Part shown: piece by piece, positions 63,455 to 64,000 of the stretch
Layout: every line of letters starts with the position of its first letter
Numbering within the stretch: the first letter of the stretch is position 1
Source of the DNA: Carcharhinus longimanus
Taxonomy: Eukaryota
Assembly (NCBI GenBank): GCA_030264375.1
Contig: JASCQW010000043.1
Span: forward strand, 78,979,069-79,043,068
DNA: 64,000 bases
Direction: 5' to 3'
Position numbers and translations under genes: made by a program
The notes under the pieces: generated by a model
Seen by the model: only the letters and a program-made list of their open reading frames with translations
Told to the model about the DNA's origin: nothing
Database searches by the model: none

Positions 63455-64000
63455 TTCTCTGCTTCAGTCATAACTCTGGTAGTACATTGCATAGTCTCAC
63501 AACTCTGCGTAAATAGGTTTTTCTGTCTCAAATGTCCTTTATTTAATTTTACATCGAAATCCCATTGACCTAACCCCCTCAATCACCAGAAGTAGTCAGT
63601 TCCTGTTAGTGACCCATCCCTTCATGGCTTTAAACACTGCTATCAAATTATTTCTTAATTCACTTAACACAGCTTTTCTTTAATTACTTTTGACCCTATC
63701 CAGTTACACAGCTAGTTACACATCTTGGATACCAGGAATCCTAAATCCCTTTTCCACATCATTTAAGGTGGTTTACTTTAAAAAAAAGCCAAATGGACTG
63801 CATCACATTGGGCAGGATTTTCTGGCCATGCTCACTCCAAACTCGGAAAATCCCGCCCAAGGCCTTTGCAAGGTCTGTGTCCCACCTACTAGGATCCCAC
63901 ATGGATGGGAAAATTATGCCTATTGATTTCCATCATCTTGTCAATATCCCACTGTAATGTCCGTTGCTCCTCGTGGGCTTCATATTTAAGTTTAGTCTTT

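Noticed and set aside
1-64000. CRISPR arrays, operons or other prokaryotic systems
   Set aside because: The sequence is vertebrate intronic DNA; there is no regularly spaced repeat-spacer array or dense coding region.

Overview
Eukaryotic, AT-rich, repeat-dense vertebrate DNA with about 14 N-gaps. The repeat content (HE1/V-SINE-type tRNA SINEs, CR1, Rex1/Babar, RTE, Penelope-like elements, Harbinger relics) points to an elasmobranch, most likely a shark. Most of the window lies inside one minus-strand gene, CDC42SE2 (SPEC2). Its start-codon exon (40740-41031; MSEFWLCFNCCIAEQPQP) and CRIB exon (6157-6261; [35 protein letters not shown]) are separated by a 34.5-kb intron. I did not find the last coding exon; it probably lies left of the window. 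The provided ORF track misses both exons. The most interesting inference is a candidate upstream exon (~53327-53500) with a cluster of uORFs. One of them would splice in frame into the start-codon exon to give a 72-aa upstream peptide ending 79 nt before the CDC42SE2 ATG. Other notable items are four mutually unrelated inverted duplications with 85-170 bp arms, a retrovirus-like gag/protease/RNase H/integrase relic, a decayed Harbinger transposase with possibly related MITEs, and decayed hammerhead motifs in Penelope-like repeats. Repeat-family names come from recalled motifs, not database searches, and repeat boundaries are approximate.
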